Shown here one piece after another: positions 61,808 to 64,000 of a stretch of 64,000 nt of DNA. The position numbers and the translations under genes were made by a program. Positions within the stretch are counted from its first letter, which is position 1. The number at the start of each line of letters is the position of its first letter. Below the pieces are notes generated by a model that saw only the letters and a list, made by a program, of their open reading frames with translations, ran no database searches and was not told the origin of the DNA. The DNA comes from Oopsacas minuta (lineage: Eukaryota > Animalia > Porifera): assembly GCA_024704765.1 (NCBI GenBank), contig JAKMXF010000133.1, positions 496,001 to 560,000 on the forward strand, in the 5' to 3' direction.

Positions 61808-62671
61808 ATGGCAGAGAGGAAGGCAGTGAACAAATACTACCCACCCGAATGGTCTCCAAGCAAAGGGTCCATCAATAAATTCAGGAAATCGCACCCTCTC
61901 CGCGACAGGGCCCGCAAACTCCACAAAGGAATCATGATAGTTAGATTCGAATTACCCTACAACATATGGTGTGAGGGCTGTGGGAGCCATGTAGCCATGG
62001 GGGTGAGATATAATGCCGAGAAATCAAGAACTGGATTCTATTACACTACTCCTATTTATAAGTTTCGTATGAAATGTCATTTGTGTGACAGTCACTTCGA
62101 AATTCAAACTGATCCTAAGAATTTTGATTACGAAGTAATCTCTGGCGCTTCACGGAAGAATGAGAGATGGAATCATGTAGAGGGAGAAACGATAGCTGTA
62201 GGAGATAGCGAGGAAAAAGAGAAGATTAATACAGACCCTATGTATGCTCTGGAGCATGTAGTTGATGATAAAACCAAGGGAGAATCATATAACCCAAGTT
62301 TGAAAGAAATTTATAGATCTTCTCTGTGTATGGACAAAGACTATGCGGTAAATTCTCTAATTAGGAAACATTTTAGAGGTGAAAAGAGAGAGTTACAAGC
62401 ACAGGAGAAAATTGATCAAGCCTTGAAGGAAAAATGTTCAATTGATATACCACTGTTGCCAGAAAACCCAAAAGATATTAAATTAGCGAAAACAATAAAA
62501 TTTGGTCAAATTAAGAAAAGGAAGAAGATTAAGTTGAAATCTCAGAATATTTTTGGTAAAATCCGAAATGGCAAATTTGATAAATTCCAATTGATACCCA
62601 ATACAAAATCTGCCACAACTTCTCCCTCAATCTCAAAACTCAAGAAATCCGAACTTGTACGCTCTTCATAA
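61808..62671 (+). CDS. YJU2B: Splicing factor YJU2B/CCDC130; intronless
   Basis: MAERKAVNKYYPPEW...SHPLRDRARKL..GI.IVRFELPYNIWCEGC..HVAMGVRYNAEK...YYTTPIYKFRMKCHLC..HFEIQTDPKN.DY. Confidence 0.92.
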   Translation: MAERKAVNKYYPPEWSPSKGSINKFRKSHPLRDRARKLHKGIMIVRFELPYNIWCEGCGSHVAMGVRYNAEKSRTGFYYTTPIYKFRMKCHLCDSHFEIQTDPKNFDYEVISGASRKNERWNHVEGETIAVGDSEEKEKINTDPMYALEHVVDDKTKGESYNPSLKEIYRSSLCMDKDYAVNSLIRKHFRGEKRELQAQEKIDQALKEKCSIDIPLLPENPKDIKLAKTIKFGQIKKRKKIKLKSQNIFGKIRNGKFDKFQLIPNTKSATTSPSISKLKKSELVRSS

Positions 62672-63142
62672 GAGATGTTAATATATTTTTCAATAATGTA
62701 TGATTAAATTACTGAAGCAGTTCTTCATGGATTTTGTTAGTTGCATTTATGTGTGTCTTATTTAATACATTTCACAAACGTTTACAACTCCTCTTCTATC
62801 TGGTTTGTTTTTTATCATGTTGCAAAACAGGCTATTTATTTGTCTTTTACATGACTTCCCCTTTTCTTAATTAAGAGACAACATTGAGTCTGTTCCGCTC
62901 TGTTAATTAATCAAGTTCCCTAAAAGGTGCTAAGAATTTATGTTGCTGCAGGAAAGAGATTGAATCTTCATTGATATTATCCCTGGTCGTAGTCTGTCTT
63001 GTTGAATATTATGGGTACTTTCACCTCACGTTATTTCGGTATATAGAAATAGAAAATACCAGCTTACATCGTCGATAAATTGTTATCTGTACAAGTTGGT
63101 AAATACACTGCGTATTATTTGTTCTCTGCAATATCTAGCCAA

Positions 63143-64000
63143 ATGCAAAATTTGCATCTAGCCCCTGACAATGATGAAGATGACTTGTACATCTTTGAAG
63201 ATGCTCAGCATCAAGATCTTGATTTAGACATGTTAGATCAAGACGAAGGGTTTCAGAAAGCAGTAAAGACCAGCTATGCTAACAGACCCCCTCTACCTGG
63301 TGCTCTAAGTGCAAGAGGACTCCCTAATACCGCGGCGAAAGGGGCTCCGGAAGGGACAGCAGCTGGGAATAGGGAGGGTCCCGCACGCCCTATGACAGCG
63401 ATCAGAGGGGCCGGGTTCACTAGTACAACCAGTCAACCCGCTATCGTTGGATTCAATGAGCAGACCATGGCACCCATCAAGGATAAATCTGAAGAAACTC
63501 CTGAAGATGCAATCAAATTGTTAGAAAAGAGGATAAATGAATTACTGGAGGAGAGTGCTATTCTAGAGAGCAGAGGACAACATAAGGAGGCACTGGACAA
63601 GGCGAAAGATGCCGCGAGGAAGGAACGAATACTCTGTACACAACGAGATCAAGCTTCTTTCAGCGATCAGATCAATCTAGACCTCACATACTATGCCCTA
63701 TTCAATCTAGCTAACCAGTACCGATCTAACCAGCTATACTCCGAAGCACTTAACGCCTACCTTATGATAGTAAAGAACAAACTATTCAATAACGGAAGCC
63801 GTCTCAGAGTGAATATGGGTAATGTATATTTTGCTCAGAAGAAATACCTACAAGCAGTTAAGATGTACCAAATGGCATTAGATCAAATATCTGATCAGCA
63901 TCACAAACACATAAGAGCTAAAATCCTAAAGAATATAGGATCTGCTCTACTGTCTATGGGTAGATATCAGGACGCTATTACCTCGTTTGAACAAGCAATG
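63143..64000 (+). CDS. IFT88: Intraflagellar transport protein 88, 5' part, runs off the window end; missing from the ORF track because it has no stop
   Basis: MQNLHLAPDNDEDDLY, RPMTAIRGAGFT, PEDAIKLLEKRINELLEES, ALDKAKDAARKER, INLDLTY..LFNLANQY, NMGNVYF...Y.QAVKMYQMALDQ. Open 286 codons to the window end. Confidence 0.93.
   Translation, partial: MQNLHLAPDNDEDDLYIFEDAQHQDLDLDMLDQDEGFQKAVKTSYANRPPLPGALSARGLPNTAAKGAPEGTAAGNREGPARPMTAIRGAGFTSTTSQPAIVGFNEQTMAPIKDKSEETPEDAIKLLEKRINELLEESAILESRGQHKEALDKAKDAARKERILCTQRDQASFSDQINLDLTYYALFNLANQYRSNQLYSEALNAYLMIVKNKLFNNGSRLRVNMGNVYFAQKKYLQAVKMYQMALDQISDQHHKHIRAKILKNIGSALLSMGRYQDAITSFEQAM

Noticed and set aside
62944-62960. RFX X-box-like GTTGCTGCAGGAAA upstream of IFT88, and weaker matches near DNAI4 and NLE1
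   Set aside because: The matches deviate from GTYNCY-N(0-3)-RGYAAC and are not distinguishable from chance without a PWM scan.

Overview
AT-rich, compact animal genomic DNA, not prokaryotic. Short GT-AG introns, a multi-SRCR/Sushi receptor, a Syk-family kinase and ciliary genes suggest an early-branching metazoan, probably a sponge and possibly a glass sponge (inference). I read 20 protein-coding genes: TSSK-like kinase, a 26-SRCR/3-Sushi type I receptor, GNL1, NPLOC4, EIF2B1, an ARF fused to two copies of an uncharacterised domain, a GRK, ADPRH, a GAL3ST sulfotransferase, DNAI4/WDR78, an LRR-EGF protein, a Syk-like kinase with three SH2 domains, a TIL/Spondin_N protein, ALG12, NLE1, NAA15, a PH-like protein, a CoA-transferase III, YJU2B and the 5' part of IFT88. 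Also present are one intronic tRNA-Arg(ACG), an intronic Tc1/mariner-type MITE family, an 810-bp non-autonomous hAT element with an 8-bp TSD, and a possible decayed class C GPCR. The main structural observations: (1) four intact intronless genes are nested in introns of two host genes, one in DNAI4 and three in the Syk-like kinase, and three of the four are on the host strand; (2) 18 of 20 genes face the same way with short spacers; (3) many start codons sit 1-11 nt after a 3' splice-acceptor-like TTAG/YAG. Together these suggest operon-like transcription resolved by spliced-leader trans-splicing, possibly releasing nested mRNAs from host introns. That is a hypothesis. All exon structures were assembled by eye and homologies are from recalled family motifs, not database searches.
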